Source of the DNA: Bryobacterales bacterium
GTDB taxonomy: Bacteria; Acidobacteriota; Terriglobia; Bryobacterales; UBA6623
DNA length: 64,000 nucleotides
Reading direction: 5' to 3'
Assembly (NCBI GenBank): GCA_963422375.2
Contig: OY729427.2
Span: 384,001-448,000, forward strand
In this document: piece after piece, positions 41,253 through 56,603 of the stretch
How positions within the stretch are numbered: the stretch's first letter is position 1
Layout: each line of letters starts with the position of its first letter
Made by a program: the position numbers and the translations under genes
The notes under the pieces: generated by a model
Databases searched by the model: none
Told to the model about the DNA's origin: nothing
What the model saw: only the letters and a program-made list of their open reading frames with translations

Positions 41253-42329
41253 GTGAGGACCGTTCAGGAGATCCAGCTCACTCTTGGCAGACCGCAATCG
41301 AGGACATCGATCTCGACGTCCGTTCCCGCGACGATATCCCGGCCATACTGCTAGGAATACAGTCTCTCCATCGCGCCGAGAAGTTGCGGGACAAGGTCTT
41401 CTAGCTGCTCGAGAGCCGTGTCATCGGTCGCGGCGAGGGCGGCCGGAACGGCGAGACCGAAAGCGATCCTTCCGCAGGCGAGTCCAGTTATCTCGGATAC
41501 GTCAAGCTCCTAGCGGACCAAGTGGAGCAGCGCGTGCTGCGGGGTAGAAGATCCCGCACGAGGAGAAAGACTTCTCGATCTTCGAGGAATACACGTGCTG
41601 GTGCGTGGAAGGGAAGGCTGGGGTACCGGTGGAGCTGGGCGTGCCGGCATGCATCGAGGAGAGCGAGCGCGGATTCGTGATAAATCACGAAGTGACGTGG
41701 AAGGGTAGAGACATGGACGTGGCGGTTGGGATCGTCGAGGGCGCGCAGGGGCTGTACTCGGGGTTGTCGAGCGGCAGCTTCGACAAGAGCTTTCAAAGCC
41801 CGGCGAACCGGACGCGCTTGGCGAAACTGCTCTCGTGCGACGCGATGCCGCGGAAAGGAAGGCTGTCGAAGGCGGCGAAGGAGACGGAAGGCGCGCCGGA
41901 GTTCGTGGCTGCGAAGCAGACGCATTCGGCAGTGGAGTCAGCGATCAACAATCTCGAGCTCCGCGGTCTGGACCGAGTGATGGACCGGGGAGCGGAGGGG
42001 TTCAAGCAGATGATGGGGCTGGCGGCGAACGTGCATCGAGTGGGTCATATCCTGCGCGACCGAGAGGGGGAGCGTCTCAAGGCGGGACCCTTGCTGCTGG
42101 CTGCATAGGCAGTCGGCGGTGCTCTGGGTTATCCTGAATTGAAACCTTAGAGAGACTAGTTGCAGGAAAAGTTTGCAATGAGAATACCATTAACTGTATC
42201 CTCACAGTGAAAATGAAATATGAGGCGATGAGTTCGGATAATCCGCATAGCCTGTTCCTTTCATAGCTACTATATGATCGGGATCAATCGGTTAGAATCC
42301 CCGAAATAGCAGGGGCTTGCCACAAGCAC
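41253..42329 (+). mobile_element. ISNCY-like transposase relic with large internal deletion and retained right end
   Basis: N-terminus EDIDLDVRSRDDIPAILLGIQ and C-terminus KAGVPVELG..SFDKSF..HSAVESAINNLELRGLDRV; ends CAGGGGCTTGCCACAAGCAC. Confidence 0.72.
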
Positions 42330-42485
42330 AAACTACCGACCCAGCGGGCACGCGATCACGGACGGACGCCGCTCGGGAGGTCGCTGAGCACGGCGATCAC
42401 GTGAGGTCGCAACCGGGCTGGCCGAGCACTGCACCCCGAGCACCGTCATCGGCAGGTATCGCCGCGTGCGGCGATGCTACGAGCC

Positions 42486-44144
42486 TCAACGTTCGTGGCG
42501 CGACTGCATTGGAGGACGCGTCCCGGCGTGCGAACCGTCGCCAATCGATTCATCGCGCTCCGGGGCGAAGAGCCCCAAGCCGAAGTGACTGCCGTATCCG
42601 ATGGCTAACGGACTCTCAATCGCTTCCGACATGACGATGCTGAGTAGCGCGCCGGCGGCATCAGGCTGCGCCTCGCCACCACGAGAACGGAAACGGTGGA
42701 AGTGGATCGCGCGTCGCTTGGTTCCGCCGACCGAGATCGTATCCAGCACACGTACGTCGACGCCGTCCGCATCCAGGCCGCGACGTTTGAGCAGGCGACG
42801 CACTTCGCCCGGGTAGCCGGATGCCTTCAGGTGTCCGGATGCCAGAAACGGCGTCACGCTCCGCCACCGGTCGGACGTCGCGAAGATACGCGCACTGCCG
42901 GCGAAGTCGGCGGGTCTGCCGAATCCTTCCAGCGCGAGTCGCCATTCCGTGACTCTGCCCGGCTCGGGATCGTCGTCCTCCTGTCGCTGCTTCGGTGGAA
43001 GCCAAAGGCGGGTGATGCCATCCAAGGCGGCGCGCACGCTGTCGCTTATGCCGACGGCTATGAACACGGACAGGTGATCGATCCACCCATCCCCGTCCGC
43101 GTCTTCGGGCAGCCAGAACGCGTGGGCGTGAGACGGGTCCTTCAGCGGCTTCCCGTCAGCAGCGCGGCCTGAAATCTCCCACGGCGCCTTCGGGATCGTT
43201 CGTCCCGTCGACTCGTCACGTTGCCATCCGAACCGCGCGAGCGCGGCCCGGCGCATCAGCTCGCCAATCGTGACGGCGTCCTCAATGCGCGGGCGTGGAC
43301 GCCCGGCCAGCAGAAAGCGCGCAACGGTGGGCAGGTCACGCCCTGCCCGAGAAGGGGAGCGACGGGCGAAACGGCGGGTCACCGCACCGGTGGCGGCCTC
43401 CGGCTCGCGCGTATAGACGACCTCGCGGGCCGCCGGCGGGCGATTCCAACCCCGGTCCTGATAGTCGGCCGTGTCGAGCGCGAGCGCATCGACGAGACGT
43501 TCGGGCAGCGTATCAATCGGCGTTCGCTTATCTCCCGCGAGCATCTGGCGCTTCATGCCGTCCATGATCTGCCGGCGTTGGGCCGAGTATGAGTCCGGGC
43601 GGTGCGGTGCCAGCAGCCGCACGGGATCCCCGCCCCCGTGCCCGTCGAGCGGTCGGCAATTCACGGAGCCCTCCCAATCGGCGAGCGCTTCGCATTCGGT
43701 CCAGCTCTCGGCCCGGCCGAGGTAGCCGATGCTGCGCGCGAGATCCGCAGCGAACGCGAACGGCTCGGGTTCGAGAGTTGCGCCCGGCCACGCGGCGATC
43801 AGCGTCGAGCCGCTGGGCAGCCGAACGAATGCGTCGAAGACGAGGGTCGTCTTCGGCCCACTCTGGTCGAGCCCTCCGGTCGGCATGTAGTGACGCGTGT
43901 GAGCGTGGATTGCGCCGGTCGGCAGGCTGTACTCAGGCAGCGTCTCGGCGAGCGTGTCGATCAGCCCCGCCAGGTCGTCCTCGGACCAGCGCGCCCGATC
44001 ACCCTTGCGCCACCACGCGGCGATGAGCGCGCGCAGCAGGCGCCAAGGCTCCGGCGGCCAAGCAACGGCGGCTTCGTTGACGTGGCGGCCCCACGGCGTT
44101 GCGTGGTACCGGCCAGCGGGAAAGCGGAAGGCAAGTGCGAACAT
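42486..44144 (-). CDS. csb2: Type I-G Csb2 (Cas5/Cas6 fusion)
   Basis: FPAGRYHATPWG, WPPEPWRLLRAL, YLGRAESW, WRSVTPF and GYGSHFGLGLF. Confidence 0.93.
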   Translation of the reverse strand: MFALAFRFPAGRYHATPWGRHVNEAAVAWPPEPWRLLRALIAAWWRKGDRARWSEDDLAGLIDTLAETLPEYSLPTGAIHAHTRHYMPTGGLDQSGPKTTLVFDAFVRLPSGSTLIAAWPGATLEPEPFAFAADLARSIGYLGRAESWTECEALADWEGSVNCRPLDGHGGGDPVRLLAPHRPDSYSAQRRQIMDGMKRQMLAGDKRTPIDTLPERLVDALALDTADYQDRGWNRPPAAREVVYTREPEAATGAVTRRFARRSPSRAGRDLPTVARFLLAGRPRPRIEDAVTIGELMRRAALARFGWQRDESTGRTIPKAPWEISGRAADGKPLKDPSHAHAFWLPEDADGDGWIDHLSVFIAVGISDSVRAALDGITRLWLPPKQRQEDDDPEPGRVTEWRLALEGFGRPADFAGSARIFATSDRWRSVTPFLASGHLKASGYPGEVRRLLKRRGLDADGVDVRVLDTISVGGTKRRAIHFHRFRSRGGEAQPDAAGALLSIVMSEAIESPLAIGYGSHFGLGLFAPERDESIGDGSHAGTRPPMQSRHER

Positions 44145-44148
44145 GCGC

Positions 44149-47507
<3,359 letters not shown>

Positions 47508-47518
<11 letters not shown>

Positions 47519-50084
47519 CGTGGTTTCCCTTGCGCTCCAGGGCCGATGCCCGCCAGTCGGCGACCCGTACGAGAGTCTCCAGCCACGCTAGCCGGAACGG
47601 CCCGAGTTGCGCGAGCAGCTCGCGTGTGCGCTCGGTCCAGCTCTCGTGGGAGGTCTCGTCCCAGCCCAACTCCATGATCGAGAGCCGCAGGCTGCCCCCC
47701 TGCCAGTGCTCGCCGCCTTCAAGTTCGAACGGCGGCAGGGTGTCCCCTTCCCACACGCCGCGGGCGAAGCGTACTCCGGCGCGCTCGCTGCCCTTCGGCG
47801 GCACCTCCCGGGGCAGGGCGCGCAGGTTCATCCGCACCTTACCGTGATGCGCGGCGATCAGCCAAGCAATTAGATCGGCGTCTCGGGACCAAGCTGAATG
47901 GGCCAGGAATGCAAGTGTCGAGGCGAGCTCATGCCGGAAATAGGCTCGCGCATGTCGGGTCCGCTTGACCGTCTTTGCCAGCAGCACATCGGGCGCCACG
48001 TCCTGTCCGTCAAGACCCCGGCGCATCGTGTCCTGAAACACTTCGTGCGCTTTTCCGATGTCGTGCCACCGTGCCGCACGTACTAGCGTCTCACGGACGT
48101 CGGGCTCCATGTCGAGCGCGGCGCACAGCGATTTCGCCTCCACGGTGACGTGCCGAAGATGATCGGCCAGCGGCACGATCGCCTCGATCTGGCTCAGCGG
48201 GTCTTCGTCGTGCCCCTCCGGCTCGCCCGGCGTCGCGGAACCGTCCCGCGCGGCGGCCGAGCCGGTCGCAACTGCCGCATCGGCGACCGGATCGGGCACG
48301 TCCTTCGGATCGCCCGTGAAGCCGACGCTCTCCCGATAGCCGCCGGCGTTCCGATCTGCGAGCAGCATCAGTCCCGGCCAGGGCTGGCCATGGAACGGCA
48401 TCCATCCCGGCGGTGCGGTTCCCGTCCGGCCGTCCCGGCGCCGCCACTGCGGATCGCGCCGGAACACGAGGACCCTCCCATTGCTGTGCTTCTCCAGCTT
48501 ACGAAGCCATTTCTTGGCGGCGGCAATCGAAACGGCGCACAGTTCCTGCCGCCGGGGACGCGGCTGCTCGTCGCCCGTCACGGGGAGATCACGCCAGAAT
48601 ACGCGGATGTCCGTGTCGTCCGCGTCGCGGACATACGGGGACACGTCGACGTCGAAACCGGTCAGGTCTGGGTCCGTATCGAAGAGATCGTCAAGGTCCT
48701 TGCGGCGAATCACCCTGCGTGGCGGTTCAACGTAGTCCGGCGGGGGAAGGCGCGCCGGCGCGACATCGGTCAACACCGACAGCCGTTCCCGTGCGGCGTG
48801 CAGTTCGGCGACGCTGTAGGGAATCGCCACTTCGGCCGCTTCCCTGTCCGACGACTCGCCGTTCGCCCACGACTGGAGCAGGTCGATCCAATGCACATAC
48901 GCGCCGTCGGGAAGCTCGGCATAGCGGTTGGCGCGGCCAAAGCGTTGGACCATCGACGACCAGGGCCCGATCTCCGTGAACAAGACCGCGGAGGAGATGT
49001 CCACACCGGCTTCGACCGCCTGGGTGGCAACGACGATGCGGCCATGCGGATTCGCGTCACCGGTTCCGATCACCTTGTCCATCTCCCGTCGGCGGTCGAC
49101 GGGGCGGAAGCGGGAATGGACGAGAGCCAGAGTCGGCGGCGCCGGCTTCCGTTTCGACAGCCTCTTCTCCAGCTGTTGGTGAAGCACCCGCGCCCGGTCG
49201 ACGCGGTTGACGATTGCGAGCGTCATCAGTCCGGGGCGGTGTGCGTCTAGGACGGCGTCCGCGAGCCGCCCGAGGTACTCGGTAAGGTCCGGCTTCTTCG
49301 GTGACGTCGGCGCCACGTGCGCCCGAGTCAGTCGCTTGCCGGCCTGCGACAAGCGTGCGAGCCTGCCGTCCGGTTGCGCCGTAGGATCGACCCTGACGAC
49401 CGATGCCGGAGCAGGATGATCAACCGTGGCGAGCCAGCGCGGATCGAGCGTCGCCGAGATCCAGAGACTGCGGGATGGACTCCCCGGCGACAGGTTCCTA
49501 CTCCGCGCTCGATCCGCATCCGATCGCCGGAATGCCTCGAGCTGCGCAGAGGTTGCTCGACCCGCTCCCATCAGTTGCACCTCGTCGAACACCCACTGTG
49601 CATCCTCGTGCAGGAGGGCGAACTCCATCGGCCAGATCGCCCGAGACGAGGCGAATCCGCGCATCAGCGCCCGGCTGAGGAGCATGTCCTGGGTGCCGAC
49701 GAGCACCGCCGGGCGCTCTGGCGTCTCCAGCCAGCTGTCGGCATCCACCCCGCCCATGAGCACGTGCACGTCCTCCGGTCGAGGGAGTCGCCCCGCGCAG
49801 TCCACTTTGGCCATCAGCTTGCCAAACCAATCCCTGACCGCCCGCGCAGTCTGCTCGACGAGCGTCCGCATCGGCAGGCACCAGACGAGACGGCGAGGCG
49901 TACCACCGGGACACTGGAGGCGACGGGCGGCCCACGCGAGCGTCACCGCGGCCGTCTTACCCGAACCCGTCGGTGCAATGAGGACCCGTGGCAATGCGTC
50001 GGTTGTGAGCGCGAGTTGCCACCCGTCGGGCTGCACGCCCTCGCCAAACACGATTCGATAGATGGTGGTGCCGTCCACATGCAT
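47508..50084 (-). CDS. cas3: Type I-G Cas3 (helicase with C-terminal HD nuclease)
   Basis: APTGSGKT, DEVQ, SAT, ATQAVEAGVD and QRFGRANR; C-terminal HD (DHL, WHDIGK, RHEL, HHGK, ADWRAS). Confidence 0.95.
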
Positions 50085-50206
50085 TTCCTAACCTACGCGG
50101 TCAGCAAGAGGCGTAATCCTAGCAGAATGGAGGAACGAGCGTCCGTTCGACCCACCAGCGGAGCGCGGTGGCCTAGGCCGCCGCGCCGACATCGAACAAG
50201 GTCCCG

Positions 50207-50470
50207 TCAACCCATCATCCGAAGAGCTTGTGCGAAACGATCGTCCGATCCTGCCGGTCGGCGGAATCGCAAAACGCTTCTCGACCACCGTGGCCGGAGC
50301 GCCTCGGTGCGACCTTCGACGGTGTCCGACGAATCAACCCACTCGGCCTGGAACCATTCTAGGTAGGCCAGCCGCCGACAGCAGACGTATTCGTTGACCA
50401 CGCGCACGGGCAGGGGCTTGTCGGCAGAGATGGGCCGTTCCGGCGGTTCGCAAATTTCTGGAGCTGGCAC
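50207..50470 (-). pseudogene. cas4: N-terminal stump of a Cas4-Cas1 fusion
   Basis: PLPVRVVNEYVCCRRLAYLEWFQAEWVDSSDTVEG resembles the N-terminal Cas4 motif (NEYxYCPRLAYLEWVQGEW..DTVEG); similarity ends near 50310; AGGGAG before a GTG. Confidence 0.75.
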
Positions 50471-50800
50471 CCAGTCAATCTCCCTTGTAAGCAGCCTGTG
50501 TGATCGTCTTGGCCGTTCTGTGCCCGTCGGCCGCAGTGACGAACCGCCGTGTTCGTGGCCGCCGTCGGGTAAGTGATTGAGCGGATGGCTGGAGCCTCGA
50601 ATGGACGCGGCGTCCCACTCAGCGCGCGGACCCGGATGATCCGCGCCGGATCTGCGCTTCCCTCCGGCGCGCTCGGACTCGCCCCGCGGCCGGGATCCAG
50701 CGGGCAGCCGCCCCGGTCCGCGGACACGGGCACGCAAGCATCCCCATGGACGCTGGACGCGCCGGCGCGAGACGCCGGGGCGTGGTAAGCGCGAAAGAAA

Positions 50801-53800
50801 GAAAATATTTATCTGAGTGCCAAAGACGCTACATGGAACTAGAACTGCTCTGATCGGGGAGGCCTGTGTCTAGCCCGGATTGTTCATGGTGGGGCCTCGA
50901 TGGGTGCTGAATGGCAGATCTGCATTTGAAGTGCATCGGCAAGCGGGTTGCGCCAAGCGCGGCACTGGATAGGCCGCCACGACTCGGGGAGCCCGTCCTG
51001 CCTTTCCGGGTCCATCCAAGCCGATTTCGGGCCCTTTGAGGGCCAAGGGTGATGGGCCTCCAGATCGCAATTGCCTGCATGAATCGACTGGGATATACGC
51101 GCCTGTGTTTGGGGGGATTGCGCATCTGGAGTGCCCTTCACACTGAGCGCAAAGAGTTAGCTCACAGCGGTCTTCCGCATTCGACTCGGCTGTGGCCCTA
51201 GGGTATTTCCCCAATCCTCCACGGTCAATTCCGCTTGGTTTAGGGGCCTATTCTATTCAGTGGAATCACCGAGAATTCTTCCCCACCTGTATTGATATCG
51301 GGTTCACCGAACGCTGAACGATTCCGGGGCAGGACGCCACCTGTTGCGACATCAAGGCGGGCCCAGCGTGCGCATAGCGGGTGCCTCGCACGGGCACCTC
51401 ACGGGCCGGGCTGACCGCCTAGCCCGGCCTGACGCCACGCCGCGGCAACGACGACGCCCGGCCGAGCGCCACGCGCTGCTACCTTCCTACTGTAAGGCAC
51501 ATCCGCAGCCCCTAGCCCTTCCCGGAGACATCGCCCCTCTCTTCCATTCCTGCAGTAGCGGATCCATGCGAGAAAACGCCCTCTTGCACCGCGGAAATGA
51601 TCTGAGATTTTCGTAGCGAACTAGAGTGAGATCGTACACCTCGACGGCCGCTCGCGCATCGGTCGCGCAGCCGCCGGTGCGGCCGCCCAGGCCGCTGTCG
51701 CGGCTTTGCGGGTGAGCTGGCGCTAGGTCGGCCTCTTTCCGACCAAGTCCCGCGCCTTGCTTCGCATGTGTTCCGCCGTGTAGCGCGCGTTGTGCCGCCC
51801 CGCGAACTCCGCGAGATAGCGGCCCAAATGGCGCGCGCTCATATGGTAATACTGAGGAGTGCAAAGGACATCATTGCCGTCCTCGTCTTCTGCTGAGACC
51901 ATTTCCCGCACTGAATGTGATAGAATCATTGCGTGCATTATTTCCACTCTGACGACGTTCGATGACTCCCCCATACGCTTAATATCACCGTCCTGAAGTC
52001 CGTTGTAACGCAATTCTATCTTGGCTATATTCTGGAAGAACTGGCGCCGAGATTCAGCATCGGAACCGGAACAGCCAAGTCCTGAGTGGCTAGGTTCATC
52101 GCCGGAGGCATGGCATCCCTAGATGACCATCCCAGGACAGGCGGCCCTCGCATCCTGACCGAGGAGCACGCGCTGTGGATCTTCCATACCGTTGTCGATA
52201 TAAGAATCCCCAGCACCTCAAGTTCGACTTCGCCTACTTGGACTGCCCAGCGAGTCCGCCGGGCCCTCATCGACGAGTTCGGCTTCGACGTGAGCCGCTG
52301 CCCCATCCGGCGCTTCATGTGTCGGCTCAAGCTCACGCCGCAGCAGCCGCGCCGCTGGGCGCTCCAGCGCCGGATGGGGGGGAGGGGGCGCACGATGGAT
52401 TGACACTAGGTTCGCGGAGATCAAGGAGGTGTCCGAGCAGGAAGGGGCCTTGATCGTGTTCGCTGACGAGGCCGGAATGCGTTCTGACTATCACGTGGGA
52501 CGGACATAGGTAGTGCGGGGGCAAGACGCCCGCGGCGGCCTGCACGGCCAAGAAGTTTCGCCTCAACATGCTGGCAGAGATCAGCCCAGACAGCTGCATC
52601 TATTACATGCTGCACGAGGGCGCGTCGGATGCGCGAAGGTTCTGCTCTTTCGTGAGTCAGGTGGCGGACGAGACCGGCGAGAGTGTGCGCTTCGTAGTGG
52701 ACAGATTCCGGATTCACACTGCGCAAGAAATGGCACACTTTCTCGATAGGGAATTCGAAAATGGACAGGTTAGGATTCATATCTTTCCAGAATATTCCCC
52801 GAAATTGAAGCCCAATGTGCTGGAATATTCGCACGTGAAGCGGATGATGAGCCAGAAATTATTCAAGATTAAGGACGATATGTTGCGCCTGATCGAAGCG
52901 GAATTCAAGTCGCGAAGGGACTTAACTGACATCGTGGCTAGCTTCTTCATGGAGCCCGATTGCCAGTACAATCTGGCCTGAACCGACGCAGAAGACCCTT
53001 GCGCTCCTCAGTAGGTTCCGTATAGGCTGTCCTTGAAAGGGCCTGGAACCATTCGATGCCGTTGGTATCCGCCTCCCCGCGCACCTACTCGCCGCCGGAG
53101 TGCTTGACGGCCTCGTGCGCGAATTCCTCCAGGCAGACGTAGGCCACCGCCTCGTGGGAGCGGACCTGCGCGCCCGGAGCAGTCTGCCCGCAGGCAAAGC
53201 CCTGCAGGGTGCCCTTGGTCGTGCCCGGCAGCGGGGGGTCGGCCACTTCACTCGTGGCGCGGTCCCGTGCGCCCGGCATGGGCCCTACGGCTCTCGTGCC
53301 TGTTGCGCTTGCTGCCGCCGACATAGATCTCGTCGAGGTCACGTCCACCGGGCCCGGGAACAGGTCTCCGGCCCGCTCCCGGCGCGCGTGGATGCGGTGT
53401 GCTAAGAATGCCAGGCGACTTCCTGCTGATGCCGAGGTGGCGGTGCAGCTTCATACTGGAGACGCCCTTGAGGCTGGTGGTCAGCAGGAATATGGCGATG
53501 GTCCAGATGCGGTAGCCGAGCTTGGCGTCGGCCATGACGCTACCGGTGCGCACGGAAAAGCACTTGCCGCAACGGCGGCAACGGTACGGTGTCTAAGGGT
53601 GAGCGGCACCAGACTGGACGCTGGAGGTGCTGCAAATGAGGGCACGCAGGGCCGTCCGGCCAGCGCAGAACGGCTCCGCGGCTTGGTCATCGGGAAGCAT
53701 GGCGGTCACATGAATCTCGGTGATGTCTTTGCGGACCCGCTGTCGGGGCCGTTCTGCGTCATGAATGGACTCCTTTACTCGAGCTGTTCTACCACAGTAA

Positions 53801-53900
53801 TTCACTGTGTTTCAACACATAATCAGAGGATTTTTCTAATTATATTCGTGTTTGATAATCCGAATTAATTGGTCGCATTAGCACGCAAATATATAATTCC
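50801..53900 (-). mobile_element. IS1595-family element B, defective, carrying a nested IS630
   Basis: Imperfect TIR GAAAATATTTATCTGAGTGC vs GCACGCAAATATATAATTCC; transposase fragments KGVSSMKLHR, DEIYVGG and YHMSARHLGRYLAEF. Confidence 0.82.
51852..53011 (+). mobile_element. IS630-family element, defective
   Basis: TIR CTGAGGAG(T/C)GCAA, TA duplication whose removal restores the IS1595 sequence; HTH fragment, FADEAG, VVD and PEYSP; stops and frameshifts. Confidence 0.88.
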
Positions 53901-54116
53901 CACGGCGAATGATTCCCTTCCTTCCATCCAAGCTGAATCAGGAAGTGAATCGAATATCTCTATAGTTCTCTCACTCTCAATGCAAGGCCGCCCTGACGTC
54001 TCTCTGACAGACTAAGACCGACTGCGCCCGAAGCACTCTGCGACACACAACTGCGGCGGATCAGGCGGACCGATCCGATGCCGGCGGACACGAGGCCGTG
54101 TGTTACAGTCATCGCC

Positions 54117-55391
54117 ATGCCCACGTACCCCCAAGCGGTATCGCTTTACTTGCTGGTCCTTGCGGTTTCGGCCCACGGGGCGACCCCGCATTCCCGCACC
54201 ATCCGAGTCGACGCGAGCAACCTGCAAGAGGCAGTCGACCACGCGACGGCCTATTCCGTGCTCGTAGCAGACCACAACCGGCAGGTGGAGGTCACATCGA
54301 GCGTCCGCATCGACAAGCCGCTTGCGCTTGTTGGCCTCAATATGCGGCTCAAGCCGGGCCTAGAAGAGACACCGATACTTGAAGTCCTCGCCGAGGAAGT
54401 TAAGATCCGAGATTTCGCCCTGACCGGCAATGGCGACTCCGTGCCTCAGTCGGGCCGGGCTGCACTCATCGTGGTCCGCCGTGGCCGATTCCTGATCGAG
54501 AACGGACGGACGGACAACAGTGCGAAGGACGGCATCATGATCACGCCTGTGGCGAAATTCGGCAACATCGAACACGGTGTCGTCCGCAACGTGACCGGAC
54601 GTGACACGATCCGCGACATCGTATCGATAGGCGGACGAGGAAACGAGGGCCTGTACGTCCGCCACCTGGTGGTCGAGAACATTCGCAGCTACCGGTCGCA
54701 GCTGCGCGGTCCGGTCGAGGTATCGGACGGAAGCGAGCACATCACTGTCCGGGACATCTACGCCGAATCCTCGCTCTACGGAGTGGACGTGCAGGATCAC
54801 GGGCGCGAGGGAATGATCAACCGCCACATCCTCATCGACGGGGTCCAGGTCGTGGACTGCGTGGCGGCAATCCGAATGGCAAACCGGGACTTTGGCCACG
54901 ACGGGCTGACGATCCGCAACGTAAGCGGGGACCGCTTTCGCCCGAGCGAGCGATGGCGACCGCTGCACGTCCGCAACACGGCCAACGTCGTCATCGAGAA
55001 CGTGCGCCTTCGGGGCGGACCGGACGAGACCCCCTGGCTGGTCGTCGAGAACAGCGACAATGTGTCGATCCGCAACGTCACGCTGGTCGATGCGAACCAG
55101 GAGGGCCCGGCTGTCGTCGTGGAGGACGCAGACAACGCCCTGCTTGACAACATCGTTTTCTCCGGGAGCATGCAGCCGAGGCTCGGGATCCTGTACCGGA
55201 TTCGGGACAACAGCCGGTTCGGGGGCCTGAGAATCCGGAACGTGGTCGCGCCTGGCGTACGAGATGCAGGCATAGCGCTTGAGAACCTAAGCGAGTCGGG
55301 CGGGCTGAGTTCGTATGCAATCACGGGCAACCTAGCTACCGTGAGAGCCGACGTCGAGTCGCCGGTTCGCTTGGTCGAGGGCAACCTGTAG
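54117..55391 (+). CDS. Secreted right-handed beta-helix (pectin-lyase-like) repeat protein
   Basis: Signal-peptide-like N-terminus; repeated (I/V)xIxNV beta-strand units. Confidence 0.7.
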   Translation: MPTYPQAVSLYLLVLAVSAHGATPHSRTIRVDASNLQEAVDHATAYSVLVADHNRQVEVTSSVRIDKPLALVGLNMRLKPGLEETPILEVLAEEVKIRDFALTGNGDSVPQSGRAALIVVRRGRFLIENGRTDNSAKDGIMITPVAKFGNIEHGVVRNVTGRDTIRDIVSIGGRGNEGLYVRHLVVENIRSYRSQLRGPVEVSDGSEHITVRDIYAESSLYGVDVQDHGREGMINRHILIDGVQVVDCVAAIRMANRDFGHDGLTIRNVSGDRFRPSERWRPLHVRNTANVVIENVRLRGGPDETPWLVVENSDNVSIRNVTLVDANQEGPAVVVEDADNALLDNIVFSGSMQPRLGILYRIRDNSRFGGLRIRNVVAPGVRDAGIALENLSESGGLSSYAITGNLATVRADVESPVRLVEGNL

Positions 55392-55413
55392 CGGCCTAGC
55401 CGCCCGTACAGCG

Positions 55414-56415
55414 ATGCTCAAAGCGCGACCGGATCCGCTGCGCACGCCGATATGCGAGCAGATCGGCATCGACTACCCCGTTTTTCAAGCCGGAATGGGG
55501 ATGATTGCCCGGGCCGAGCTCGCCGTCGCGGTATCGCGAGCCGGAGGGCTGGGCGTCATCGGGACCGGCCTCAACATGCGACCGGACGAGTTGCGGGAGC
55601 AGATCCGCGCTGTCCGACGCGAGACGAGCAAGCCGTTCGGCGTTGACATCCTGTTCGCCACGGTGCGCTCCGGTGGCAGCAAGGTCGTCGCCTACACGGC
55701 AAACGTCCAAGGCCTGATCGAAGTTACCTTGGATGAAAGAGTGCCCGTGCTCGTTTCCGGTCTCGGAAGCCCCAAGGGAGCTATCCCCGAGGCTCGTGCT
55801 CGCGGAATCTACGTCGCAGCGGTTGTCGGGGCGGAGAGACACGCACTCAAGGCCGTCGCGGACGGCGTGAACGCTGTCATCGCGTCGGGCCGTGACGGAG
55901 GGGGCCATGTCGGGGCCGTCGGCACGGCAGCCCTTGTCCCAGCGGTAGTTGCCTCCGTGCACGTGCCGGTCGTCGCGGCCGGCGGACTGGCCGATGGCCG
56001 CAGCCTCGCAGCCGCCCTGGCTTGGGGCGCCCAAGGCGTCTGGCTCGGAACGCGGTTCATCGCAACCGAGGAGGCCGCTGCGCACGCCAACTACAAGACG
56101 AAGATCGTCGAGACGGGCACATCCGGAACGGTAGTTACCCGCGCGCACAGCGGCAAGCCATGCCGGTTGATAAGAAACGCCTTCACCGACCACTGGAGCG
56201 ACCGCGAGGACGAGATCCAGCCCTATCCGAGACAGGCCCTAGAAGTCGGCAATCCGGCATCCGCCCGCGGGCGGCTGGAAGGAGACGCGGAGTGGGGCGT
56301 GCTGCCAGCGGGCCAGAGCGCCGGCCGGATCCATGCCGTCCGGCCGGCCGGCGAGGTCGTCCGAGAGGTCGTCCGAGACGCCCGGGGATCCCTCGCGGCA
56401 GCCAACGCACTTTGA
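55414..56415 (+). CDS. Nitronate monooxygenase/FabK-family flavin oxidoreductase
   Basis: YPVFQAGMG, AGGLGVIG, GGGHVG, AAGGLADG, GTRFIAT and AGQSAG. Confidence 0.9.
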   Translation: MLKARPDPLRTPICEQIGIDYPVFQAGMGMIARAELAVAVSRAGGLGVIGTGLNMRPDELREQIRAVRRETSKPFGVDILFATVRSGGSKVVAYTANVQGLIEVTLDERVPVLVSGLGSPKGAIPEARARGIYVAAVVGAERHALKAVADGVNAVIASGRDGGGHVGAVGTAALVPAVVASVHVPVVAAGGLADGRSLAAALAWGAQGVWLGTRFIATEEAAAHANYKTKIVETGTSGTVVTRAHSGKPCRLIRNAFTDHWSDREDEIQPYPRQALEVGNPASARGRLEGDAEWGVLPAGQSAGRIHAVRPAGEVVREVVRDARGSLAAANAL

Positions 56416-56603
56416 TCCGCCGGACCGAATCCTCACGTGGTTGCAGGTCAGTCTAGCTCTGGGAGCAGCCCGGTTGCAGCTTCGTCGGCCAAGTCGGCGA
56501 ATCCCGCGATCACTCGCATCAGATATTCCTCATCCTGACCGATAATTAAGTAGACCCTTCTCTTCGATTCTGTGGTCTTGGAATATACCCCACCTTAATG
56601 TGC

